Shown here: positions 24,198 to 35,986 of the stretch, in pieces
How the letters are laid out: each line of letters opens with the position of its first letter
Numbering within the stretch: position 1 is the stretch's first letter
DNA from: Sphyrna mokarran
Taxonomy: Eukaryota
Length of the DNA: 64,000 nt
Assembly: GCA_024679065.1 (NCBI GenBank)
Contig: JAGIQG010000009.1
Coordinates: 93,186,001 to 93,250,000 of the forward strand
Reading direction: 5' to 3'
Notes under the pieces: model-generated
Seen by the model: the letters and a program-made list of their open reading frames with translations, nothing else
What the model was told of the DNA's origin: nothing
The model's database searches: none
Position numbers and translations under genes: made by a program

Positions 24198-24424
24198 TAA
24201 GTAATTTAATATAATTGACATAAGGAGCGCAGAGAAGAAAAATTGGCTGAGCACAAGAATTGTTTTGACGGTACATATATAAAGCATTTATATATGTCTC
24301 TGATGGTACGGAGTTCAGACGCACCTCTTCTTCGGGATTCCCCCATTCTACTTTCCACCACATTTACTCTCACTACTCTCCTTGAAATCGCTACTTCCAT
24401 TGAATCATTGCTTTCCATTAAGGT

Positions 24425-27400
24425 TGCATAATTTCGCACTCTGACTAATACTGCGGAGTTGTTGGCTACCATCTCTATTTGTGGGTTCGCACAGAGATGA
24501 TCTCTGCTTTGAAACTATTGGAAGAGAAACAACTCGACCTTTCCCATTCCAGAGAGGAAAATTCTGGAAGCGCCTAGATGCAATGGCGATGACGAGTTTT
24601 TTTTTGACCGGTAAACAGTAATTCAGTCAATGCCAACTGCGGTAAATGTTGATCTTCATGCTGCAACGTTCCAGATCTGACAACTTTTATGGAGAGCGAA
24701 ACAGAGCTGTCGTTTTGAGTCTAATATATCCAGGAACCTTGGGTTTTCATTCCAGATTTCCAACGTCCGCATAATTTTGCGTTCTTGTGATGCTGAGTGA
24801 ACAATTGAATTGCTTAAACAATAACTGAACCCCTCAAAGCCGTTGATATCAATGACTAAATTCTCAGGTGCCAGCGCAAAGCCCAAGGCACAGGTCTGGT
24901 CATTAGCTCCCAATCAGGGAAAATATAATCTATCCATAAACCTGCTTTACGTTAGGGAGTAAAAAGGTGATTTTGAATATTTCGGTACTTTGTAGAAAGG
25001 CGCTTGATGGTCGGCGCGCACAGAATGATGCACAGAGCTGAAGAAGAGTGGTCCGGACTGGAAACGTTGATATCGGTTCCATCCCTACAGAGAATGCACT
25101 ATTTCCCAGCATTTTCTGTGTTCGAGAGTGATGAGTTTCAATTGCAGTCCTAAACGAATGAATGGGTTGAAACGGGCAAGCCTCTAGGGTGCAGTAGGTC
25201 TGTGACACCATGACCTCATAGTGATTAGTATTCTATGTTGGGCACGCAGCACCTCCGATTCACATCCGGCTCAATTCATTATTTTTTTCCCCAGAAGTAT
25301 CCGCTGCCTGCGGCACATGCTCAACAGCGCAGAAAATGATTAATTTGCAGAGTAGATCTTGCACGTCTAAAGACATGTTTTGAAGGCAATACGCATTCAA
25401 ACGCATTTGCACTGTCTTCAGTCGAGTAACTGAGAATTCACCTTCCAAGAGGAAAATAAAGTTTTCTTTTTCCACAACGTTTCTTATGTTAGCACCCGAG
25501 ACAGCGTGGAACAAAATCTTCGACAAGTTTCGGACTGGCAATTGCAATGCCATTTTGTATATTTTACATATTTGTTCATTATCATTATAATAAATGATTT
25601 ACAAAATTAATTTTCCAAATCATTTGGCACAGAACGCGGATGGAGAAGCACAATGCCATGAATACAATTGAAATCTCGGATCCTGATATAAATATGCTGA
25701 TGTGAATTTACAGAAGGACCGGAGTGGATGGCTTCAAGTTATTAAATCGTTTGATTACAAACAGCCGAATTAAATGCTGTGGGCCAGCCGGCCTTCGACA
25801 ACGCTCCGAATTTCACCGAGGGCATGGCTGATATGATTGTAACTTAATTCCCACATTTCAGGCTATCCTTGATAGCACTTCACTCCGACCTTTATCAAGA
25901 GTTTTGGTTGCTTCGCCTTTGACATATTCAAAGGGTCCTTCCGTTGTTGCTTGAGGAAGTGATTTCTAGAGACTAAAGGTCCTCTGAGGCACAGAAATTC
26001 TCCTCGCCGGCTTATTAAACAATCGACGATATTTTCAAAAGGCGAAACCTCGTTTTGGATTGTCCAACAAATTGAGTCATTCTTTCCACGTCCAGCCTGT
26101 AATTGCGCCTCAAGATCTAAACGGTTTTGATCAAGTTCACTCTTACTGTTCGAAACGCGAGAGTATTTAACTCGAAAACTCTCCACCTTCCCTTTAGAAA
26201 AGACAAGTTCTTTCGTGGAATTCCTCTGGAAAACCTTCACTAAATTACCTCGAACGAATGTACGTGTTTCCTTAAATTAAGAGACCAATGCCGTACGCAA
26301 TAATCTACACGTGGGCTCTTTGAAACTGAGATGTTATGTCCCTGCATTTGTAACCATTTTCTCCTGGAACGAACGACAACGCTTGATTCCCGTCACAATT
26401 ATTTGTTGTATCTGGACACGAGTGTTTAGTGATGGACCTTCGGATCAGTCTACAACTCGCAATTCTGCTTGCTGTTATCATTTTGATTGAAATCGCCTTT
26501 CATTTTTTCTCTGCCACAATGGGCGATTGCACATTTGCGCCTTTTGTAATCCATTTGCCAGATGGTTGCATGCTCACTTCATCTGTTACAACCTCATGTT
26601 CTTTTCATGCCTTGCTTTCTCACATAGTGTTGGTTCGTGAACAAAATAGCAAGCACTGCTTCAGTCGATTCATCCATGTCATGTGTGTAAATTTCGAAAC
26701 TTTGAGACCTCAATTGTTGACTCCTGTGCCATAACACCGGTCACATACTGTCAACCATATATTACGCTGCTTTTTGTTAGCTAGCCAAACTTCAATCCAA
26801 GCCAGTGCGTACCCGCTACGCCAGATTTTTTTTCAGCCAATTCAACTGTCAAATGGTTTCTGGAAATCGAAGAAGCGTGCATCCAGTAGCTTCCCTTAAT
26901 TCAAAGCCAATGTGACTTCCACATGTTGGGCAATTAAGTTTTCCCCTTCATATAAGACTTGACAGACTTGAACTGTTGCACGTGCCCCGCTACAAGATAT
27001 CTCAATAATGATTGTAAATGTATTCCCTTGGCAGACCTTAGGCTAAGTAACCAGTTGTTTCCCGTTTCCTGCCTTCCTACATTTTTATTAAGTTTGAGAC
27101 AAAACATGAGAGAAAGGAAAAGAAAGTTGGTTGCTATGGATCACATGACAATTGGTGATAATTTTAATTTCTATGAAATTTAGAGACAAGTCCGAACCTG
27201 ATTCCTTCGTGAAAAGGAAGGCTTAATGATTGTACCGGCAATAAAATTCGCTCGCTGAGAATTCGTGGGAACTATTCAACTTTCCAAACCTCGTGCCAGA
27301 AATTCGATACACCCCATAAGTTTCAATTTATTGTTCAGATCTCCAACGGCCGCGGTTTTTGGGCAGTTTGTGCAAATGAAGTTTCAGAATACCTGACTGT

Positions 27401-28832
27401 CTTTCCAGGCGGTAGAGTTTCGGGGGTGAGATTGGGATGGTTATTGGTGGGGAATTCTACTTACTTGGAAGGGGAGTTGTGAATGTGAGTCGTTGCAACC
27501 ATTTTTGAACACTCGCATTAATAACTTCCGCATCTGTCGAAGACGGACTATTTGCAGAAATACTAAAAGTACAGTTTTGTAATGCATTTACGTTTCCACT
27601 CAATTCTACGCTCTGAGGACAGCAGGCGGTGAACAGGAAAACTCTGCCATTTCCAATATGCTGTAACAACAGAACGTGCTAGAAGTACTGAACAATTTTG
27701 GAAGGAAATGCGGAGAGAAAACAAATGAATTTCCATCTGAACTGGTTATTATTGAGACGGATTTTCTCTCAACAGCCAATGGATTGAAAAGTGAAGCGGC
27801 TCCACTGTGACAAATTGCCCAGATGGAGATCGGCTGTCCGCCAGTGCTGGACCGATTAGAAACATGGGTTTCTTGAGCAAACATGTTCGCATCAAGCTTT
27901 GCCTGGCGCCGTGATCGTATAGTGGTTTAGTACTCTGCGTTGTGGCTGCAGCAACCTCGGTTCGAATCCGAGTCACGGCAGTGCTTGTTTTAAAAATATT
28001 CACTCTTGGCGGCTCATGCTGAAACACCGCAAGGAACAATTAGTTCACAGAGCAGAATCATGTTTTTATGGCAAGACGCTTAATCAGTCACACAAAATTT
28101 GACATCTTGCTTCTCAAGTAGGTTTTCAGTCTGATCACTTCACTAACAGAGGAGATGGAGGATTTGGAGAGGCTACAAAAAAAAGTGACCGGGATATTAC
28201 CTGGTATTGAGGTCATTCGCTCTGGCGAGTGCTCGCAGAAATTTGGTTTGTTTTCATTGGAACGACGTAGATTGAAGAGCGAGCTGATATACTTCTATAA
28301 GTTTATGAGAGGCATAAACAAAGAAGTTAGGCGGAGTTTTTGTTTCCCCAGGATGGAAGAATCCATTACGAGGGGCATTTGTTTAAATTTCTAAGGTTAA
28401 AGTTTAAAGGAGAACGTACGATACAAGTATTTAACAGATATACTGGTACGTGCCTGGAACTCACTGTCTTAGCAGGTAGTGGGAGCTGATACGATAGTGA
28501 CTTGTAAGTGTGTGTGGAAAAATACATGAATAGGATGGGAATAGATCGATATGGTCCCGGAGGGGTAATTGATTTTAGTTCAGACGAGCGGGATCGTCGG
28601 CGCGAGCTTGGAGGGCCGAAGGGCTTGGTGCTGTACCGTATTTTGTTGGCTCTTCGTTCTTATTCTTAACACTGAGGTTAAAAATCCCTACCTCGCCACA
28701 CTCTTACGCCTGTTAGGCTGTGGTGTGGGTGGATTCAGCAGAGGTAATTCATCTAACCAGCATGTCATCTAACCCTACTTGACGGGTTAGTGGAAAACGT
28801 GGAGAATGTGCCGCGGCCACAACACAAAGTAC
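24425..28832 (+). repeat. His-unit copy H3
   Basis: Colinear with H1, H4 and H5. Confidence 0.88.
27908..27980 (+). tRNA. tRNA-His(GTG)
   Basis: As 5366, but C>T gives a G-U pair at the loop end of the anticodon stem. TTTT 7 nt downstream. Confidence 0.9.
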
Positions 28833-29645
28833 TGCTGTAATTAAAAATCTCTGATCCTTTCGACCAGTTCGCTTACTCCAAGGTTTTACCCCGGTGCCCA
28901 TATCTGCAAGGTGGACAAAGGACAAACACAAGTAAAGGTTCAACAAGTTTATTAACAATAACACTACTAACCCTTAAATTAGCCACATAAAACAAGACAA
29001 TACCCCAAAATCAGATATACTACCCACAAAGGTGGTTTGGTTAAAACTGTAGGTTCGATTCTCTGAGTCTCTCTGGTCAGAAGTTACGAAGGTGAGTCTC
29101 GATGGCAGCTTTTTTTTCCTTCCTTCTGGTCAGTCTTCCAAATGGTCAAGTCTTCTCGAGTCTTCCCTGCTGGTGTCTGAAAGTGTGTTCCTTTATCCCC
29201 TGCCTGCTTGCCTTTCCAGAAACTTCTCTGACTTCCGGCCAATGAGGGCCCAGGAGCAGTTTCCAATACCCAGTGGGTTTCCTGATGTCTGCCTGACAGG
29301 CACCAGGGACCGCCCCCAGGCGTCCATCTCCATGCTGCTGCTTACATGTAACCTGCTATCAGATTGAGCCAACTACAGGAACTCTTGGTGACAGAAAGTC
29401 TGGCTTAATATGGGCTTCTAAGAATAGTTTGATGCATTTCAATGGGGTGCAATGATCTCCTGCTAAGTATCAGTAGGGTGCAACGACCTTTGATAGAAGA
29501 TGGATGAGTCAGGCCCAGACAAGTTTGTGTATTGTACAACTGGCCTGCCTGAAGTTTGACTGTGTTTGATTTTTAACATGCCCAATTCTATAATTTAGGA
29601 TATCCGATTTTATCAGCCATAAAATTAAGACCTGTTTATGTTACA
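28833..29645 (-). mobile_element. 3' LTR (~813 bp) of an LTR retroelement/ERV
   Basis: Minus strand starts TGTAAC and ends TTACAGCA. AATAAA lies ~115 nt from the end, and the purine tract AAGAAGAGG lies just upstream (29649-29657). Absent from the paralogs at 39760 and 57030. Confidence 0.75.
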
Positions 29646-29859
29646 TTACCTCTTCTTGAACCAGTGAGCGTCAGCGAAACGGATGACACAATTCTCATCA
29701 AACTATCTCAGCAAGCAAGTACCCTGAATCTGGGGTTGATAGTATCATCCCTAACCCACACTAGTACCAGCAAATTTAAATAAAGTAAAATAATTTTAAA
29801 AACTAAGAAACAATACATCAATTGAGTATATACACAACAACGCAATAAACAGTACAAAA

Positions 29860-30110
29860 TGACAAGTGACTGTACACATTACATATAAATGGAGAGGATT
29901 GAATATCTTGATTGTAGAGCCTCTCTGCTGTCGGATGGCCCTTGCCGAGTTTTGCAGAAATTCCTTCTTCCATCAAGCAAATTTAAATGTGAGGATGATT
30001 AGATGCATTCCCGTAAGTAGGATTCCTATTACGGCCAGATATGACAGAATGCAGACCCATGGGTGGATTTGGACATTTGAACCCCAATTCCAGAGGCCTT
30101 CCCACCATGT
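29860..30110 (-). pseudogene. env-like C-terminal remnant (Trp-rich segment, transmembrane helix, basic tail)
   Basis: My translation: TWWEGLWNWGSNVQIHPWVCILSYLAVIGILLTGMHLIILTFKFA*WKKEFLQNSARAIRQQRG. It lies directly upstream of the PPT and 3' LTR. Confidence 0.55.
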
Positions 30111-32000
30111 CCCATGCTTGAAGCTGCAGTTGTACACAGGTAGAAATCAGGCCCATCTTTGCACACTGCCCATGCAGTTGGTGGCGCTAGCTTATCTTCT
30201 TGAAATAAACCCAAAGAGAGATTGTGATCTGATTCTATGATGAAATGTAATGCAACCCCGTAACCGAACAAATTAACGGCAGGCTCTCTTTTTCAATTTG
30301 AGAAAATTTCTTCTTCGCATCTGATAAGGTTCTTAGTGTTAATGTAATTGGCTTTTCTATTCCATCTGATATTTTATGGGAAAGGACTGCTACAAATCCA
30401 TATAGAGATGCATCAGATGGAACTACCAGTATGTTGGTTGCATTAAATTGCAGAAATAAGATTAATGACCTGGACGATTGTTTTACATTAGCAAATGCCT
30501 CTTTTTGCGCCGTTCCCCATTGGCATCTTTTATGCTTATTTGTTAACTGGTGTAATGGAGCCAAAGTTGTGTGCATGATGCGCACAACGTTCCGTAATAA
30601 TTTATCACCTCCCTAAATAATCTTAACTCCATAATTTTATTTTGCTGCTGTACATTTTCATGACTCTGCACCTCAAACGGACTGTCGGTCCTTGATATAC
30701 ACCTGCAAACCCAGATACATAAAGTCATTCAACTGAAAATGCATTTTGTTTTATTTTGAGTCGATGATATTTCTTTGAATATTTTCGAGCTTCTGCAGTT
30801 GTGTCTTGGGCTCCTCAGGGAACGCTTCTGTAGTTAGATCATTGTTGAGTAAATCACTACCTTAAGAATGCCCTGTAACAAACCTTTCATCATAACGACA
30901 AGATAATGACATTCCAAATGGAAGGCATTTTTACTAATGAAAATGGTGACAATTTTTGTGAATCTTAGTCCAGATCTAGCATGTGTGCCTCGGCTCTAAG
31001 TTGGTGTGCTTAAAGCCTCTGCTATTTTTGTAAACGTGAGTCCTCTATCCTTAGAATCGCATGTGATCTAAGGGGTCTGTTTGGTTTGCAATGAACAGTT
31101 TCTCAAAATGCGATCTCGCTTCAAAGTAGCGACTATGGGCACAGGTCATTCAGAGTAATGTACTGGTTTTATGACACCTATCTTTTCCAATCGTTTTACC
31201 TCCACTTCTAATTTATAATGGAATGCATAAGGCACTTTAGCAGGCTCAAACGAATGTAGGCGTGACCTCTAGGTTCAAATAAGTTTCAGCTTTAGCCCCT
31301 TTTATTTCTTCCAGTGCCCTCACGGAAACATCTGAGTATCTGTACAGGAGCTCTTGAAAATCTCCATCCAGAGCATTTATATCGCCAGCCTGTCTAGTTT
31401 GTCTTTTTGAAGCTTCAACCAGTCGGAGTCATGAGCAAAAGGTCAGTGACCCTCGATCCCTAGAACTAGTAACTGTATTGTTTGGTTCGTGTAGGATACA
31501 ATTCCTAGAACTGACTCGACTATCTTCAGCATCCTCCCGTATAATTAGACAAGATGGCTTCTGAACCAGTCAACCTCAAGGATTGCAGGCAGACCTTTCA
31601 GGAGGTGACTGAATGCTTGCACAATTATGACTATGGCCATTGCTCCAATGACGACCTCCATCTTTAGAAATCTGCCGTGATTATCAGGCTAAATCTATAA
31701 ATGACAGTTTGATTAGTTAGACGAGATTTAGCGTATGAATTTCGACCCCTTCTTCGGCTTCTTAGCTAATTATTTTATCGGTGTTCATATATAAACAATT
31801 CACTGCCTGTAATTCGTTTCGCTGTTGAAAAAACGCATTTTCATTCCGTCTCTCTGACCCGTAAGAGCTTGAGCTGTGAAATCCGTCCAGACTTTTCGGC
31901 TCTGCCTGTTTCCGATCAGGACATTTCTTCACTGCCCCCCTGCAGTTCTTGTTGTCCACCCTAATGTTTTCCTCAGATGATTCGCTCTCCGTAACTGATC
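30110..32000 (-). mobile_element. Decayed Gypsy/Ty3 pol relic, copy 1 (RT-RNase H and upstream)
   Basis: LAPLHQL..QWGTAQKEAFANVKQ..VVPSDASLYGFVAVLSH..DGIEKPI..RTLSDAKKKFSQIEKE. Duplicated at 42100-44000. Confidence 0.8.
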
Positions 32001-32273
32001 TACTCCGCCTGCGGTTGGAATATATAAGCGGATTTGTTGACTGTGGGATTGTGCATCCAGCGCTTCTGTCGGAAATGCCCATCAGTGAGAAGCACAGCCT
32101 CTTCACTGTTTATCGCAACAGAGACTATCTCTGTCTGTCAATCGAGTGATGCGGCTCAACAACATTTCCTGTGCAGCTTTATTTTGGATAGTCAACGCGA
32201 TTAAAAATAACGCGCGAAAAAGCAAATGTTTCTTCCACTTCTATTAGAGCAACTTTTTCACATTCACTTGTCT

Positions 32274-32355
32274 GTAGTCGTGGCCGAGTGGTTAAGGCGA
32301 TGGACTAGAAACCCATTGGGGTTCTCCCGCGCAGGTTCGAATCCTGCCGACTACG
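32274..32355 (+). tRNA. tRNA-Ser(AGA), A31-C39 mismatch
   Basis: 82 nt GTAGTCGTGGCCGAGTGGTTAAGGCGATGGACTAGAAACCCATTGGGGTTCTCCCGCGCAGGTTCGAATCCTGCCGACTACG with long variable arm. Confidence 0.88.
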
Positions 32356-32550
32356 GTTCTAATTATTCATTAGATCTTCCTACATTTTACCAGGCTCATC
32401 TGGAACTCTTAAAAGTTGCGAAAGATGGGACTCCACAGCTTTTTCTGATTTACAGTTACTCTCGTTTTCAATCTCTTCCTCCTCAAAAACTTGTTATTAC
32501 GAAAAGAGATTAAGACTATTTCCCGGCCATTCTGTCCTGGCCGTATATTG

Positions 32551-32622
32551 TCCCTGGTGGTCTAGCGGCTAGAATTCAGCGCGTTCTCCACCGCGCTACA
32601 GGTTCGATTCCCAGTCAGGGAA
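32551..32622 (+). pseudogene. tRNA-Glu pseudogene
   Basis: TCCCTGGTGGTCTAGCGGCTAGAATTC..GGTTCGATTCCCAGTCAGGGAA. The anticodon arm is scrambled; A and B boxes are retained. Confidence 0.8.
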
Positions 32623-33738
32623 ATTTGCTTTCATTCACGAAAGAACTGATTAAATCACAGCCGCTGTGGAGAAGAGCATATTTCATCACTCACCGTTATA
32701 ACCTTCAACAGTGTGTTGTACAAAATTCACATGTTTGTTAAACCACCAACTGTATTTGGGATGGCAAGCCAAGCTGATAAGTGGCCCACATATCAGTACC
32801 TCCATTATTTCCTTCAGTTTAGTGTTGGGATAAAAGAAGATGGCGAAATGGTGAATAGTCTGCCCTTACTCGATTGGATAAATTGGCTGTCTTTTCCACA
32901 GCAGACATGATGTGTTTCCATCTTTCAGATACTTTAGAAACACGTGTTCTTTTCGAAATCCATGGAATTTTAACTGAGCTCTAAAAAATTATGATCAGAG
33001 ACACAGAATATTTAAACAACGGCTTCAAGCTTTAAGAAACTTTTTGGAATCTGGTTTCATTTCCAGTGGCTGGCAGAGATACGTAAGAATACGATGTGAA
33101 CTGAGGCAGCATTCATCGACAGAAACTACATCAAACAATTAACGAGATGATCATTGCTGCAGCAAAAGTAAAATTTCCATAATTATAGATAATTGGCAGC
33201 GATAGTTTTATGAATGCAGAAGAAAATGATTTCAAAAATCTCAGCTGTTAGCACTTTGGGAATTCTACCCGTTTGGAAGGTTGCGGGTGTGGTTGGGGAT
33301 GGTGGTGGGTCCATGGTTTGGAGAAAAAATGGAATTTCTAGCCATTAGATAAAAGCAAAATAAAGCAGATGCTCGAATCAGAATGAAAGACAAAAATACT
33401 GGAACATTTTAGCAGCTGTGATGTGATCTGTTTAGAAAGAGAGCATATGAATTGTCGAGCAAGTTCAGATTTGTCACGTGCCATCTTTGATCCAAACTGA
33501 AAAAAAATGCGAGTGGACCTTTCGATTTCCACCTTCTTGATGTTTACATGCGTACCTCTCAATGTCTTCACTGCTAATATACAAGATTATGCCAATTGGG
33601 TAAATCTGCCATTTGCACGATTAAACCATACTCCATAATCGACTCAAACAACAGATCTCGGCGTATTTTGTCGTTCCACGGAAACAAATGTACAACGCGT
33701 ACCCGAGCTGAATGCGCCTGCTGCCTGGCAGCGAAAGC

Positions 33739-33810
33739 TCCTCGTTCGCATTGTGGTTAGTATGCCCACCTGTCACGCAGGAGGCCGGGGTTCAATTACC
33801 CGATGGGGAG
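33739..33810 (+). pseudogene. tRNA-Asp(GTC) probable pseudogene
   Basis: 72 nt with GTC retained, but mismatches in the D, anticodon and T stems. Confidence 0.75.
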
Positions 33811-34522
33811 AATTTCGCGGTTTTGATATGGAAGGTTGTACATTTGCTGTCATCAGCATTTTGAAGTGAAAATAATGACTCTCAAGTCAAAACGCTTTCC
33901 AAAATGTGATTCGTTACATGCCTTAGGCATTTTTCGTCCGTGCAAAGCAAACTTCTTTCAATTCATCAACTTTTTACTCATCTCTGAAGTGGGCATACCG
34001 GTGTTAGACTGGCGGGCATACCGTCACAAGTGTCAGAAAGAAAATAAACAGCTTAAAATCGAACATGTTTTTTGCCATCACGAGCTCCACCAGGTGAGCG
34101 CAGGTGTGTTCACATCACGGCATCTTCAGACCTAAGACATAATGGGAAATCAATTACCATTGGATTGTAAACGATCTATACAGTTTATCCAGTGTTGAAA
34201 GGTACAAACAACGCGATTGAGAAGAGGGATAATCAGAGATAATGATGTGTGAATTGTCCAATGCAAGTGCAATTAGTCAGATATTGTAATTCCGGACAAC
34301 ATTGCGAGGTTGACTTGAAGACAAGATCCCGGTTGAGGCCTTCGTGGTGTATGAACTTTCCTGCCAGTTTCTGCTCGGACATTCCCCGTTGCCATGTGCC
34401 GTGAAGATCGCCTTGAAGAACGCTGACCCGAAGATGCGAGGCTGAGTGAAGGAGACTGCTGAAGTGTTCCACGAATAGAAAGTAAAATTACTTCATGGTC
34501 ATTCCGCGTTGGCTACATGTCG

Positions 34523-34576
34523 TCACTGGTGGTCTAGTGGCCAGGATTCGGCGCTCTTCCCTTCCCAGCCAGGGAA
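34523..34576 (+). pseudogene. tRNA-Glu pseudogene, internal deletion
   Basis: TCACTGGTGGTCTAGTGGCCAGGATTCGGCGCTCT..TTCCCAGCCAGGGAA. Confidence 0.75.
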
Positions 34577-35742
34577 TTTTCTCATTCGCAAAACAACTGA
34601 TCAAATCACAACAGTTGTGGAGGAGAGCATATTTCGTCATTTATTATTAAAACCTCCAACAGTCTGTTGTACAATAGCTACATGTTTGTTAAACCATCAA
34701 CTTTATTAGGGATGTCAAGCCAAGCTGATATGTGGCCCACTTGTCTGCGCATCCGTTAGTTCTCTGAGCTCAGAGTATGGGATAGAACAAGATGGCGAAA
34801 TGTTGAACAGTATGTCCTTACTCGACAAAATAAATTGCATCTCTTTTCCCCAGCAAGCATGATATGTTTCGATCTTTTAGAAACTGCGTGGAAACTAGTG
34901 TTCTTCTCCGAATCTGTAGGGTTTTAACGGAGTTGCCGAAAATTATCATCGGAGACACAGAATATTTAAACAACAGCTTCCAGTTTTGAGAAACGTTTTG
35001 GAATCAGGCTTCATTTTCTAGTGGCTGGCAGAAATATGCAAGAATACGACGTGAAGTGAGGCAGCATTCATCAAAAGAATCTAAAATAATTGCACAATTT
35101 CGCACTTTGACTAATATTGCGGAGTTGGTGGTTCCCATCTCTGTTTCCGGGTTCGCATAGAGATCATCTCTGCTTTTAAACTATTGGAAGAGAAACCGCT
35201 CGATCTTTCCCATTCCAGAGAGACAAAAATCTGGAAGCGCCTCGATACAATGGCGATGACGATTTTTTTTTTGACCGGCAAACAGTAATGCAGTCAATAC
35301 CAACTGGAGTAAACGTTGATCGTCATGCAACAATGTTCCAGGTCTGGCAACTTTTCTGGAGAGCGAAATAGAGTCGTCGTTTTAAGTCTGATGTTTCCAG
35401 AAACCGTGGGTTTTCGTTTCAGATTTCCCACGCCCTCATAATCTTGCGCTCTTGTAATGCTTAGTGAACTGGACTGTTGAAACAACAATTGGACCCTTCA
35501 AAGATATTGATATGAATGACTAACTGCTCTGGCTGCAGCGCTAATAACCAAGGCACAGAGCTTGTCATTAGCTGCCAACTGAAAAAAATATATATCCACA
35601 ACTCTGTTTTTTGTTGGCAAATAAATGCTTTTGAATATATCGGTACTTAGTAGAAAGGCACTTGATGGTCGGCACGCACAGAATGATGCACGGAGCTGAA
35701 GAGGAGTGGTCCGGACTGGAAACGTTAACCTCTGTTCTAACT

Positions 35743-35986
35743 ATTGCGGTAGTTATAGGACGGATGTTAGAGGTGGGTTCTTTACTCAGAGGGTGCTAAG
35801 GGCGTGGAATGCCCTGCCTGCAGCAGTTGTGGACTCGTCAAGTTTAAGGACGTTCAAATGGTCAGTGGATAGCCATATGGATAACATTGGAATAGTTTAG
35901 GATAGAGGGTCATAAAATTGGTTCCATTATCGGCGCAACATCGAGGGCCGAAGGACCTGTACTGCGCTGTAATGTCCTATGTTCTA
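35743..35986 (+). mobile_element. CR1 3' fragment with 10-bp flanking duplication TGTTCTAACT
   Basis: SYRTDVRGGFFTQRVLRAWNALPAAVV, with a (TATGTTC)n tail. Duplication at 35733-35742 and 35987-35996. Empty sites at ~2526 and ~53258. Confidence 0.9.

Larger units (their letters stand above)
32140..35085 (+). repeat. Ser-Glu-Asp-Glu block, copy 1
   Basis: Colinear with 44150-46905 and 47595-50600. Confidence 0.85.
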
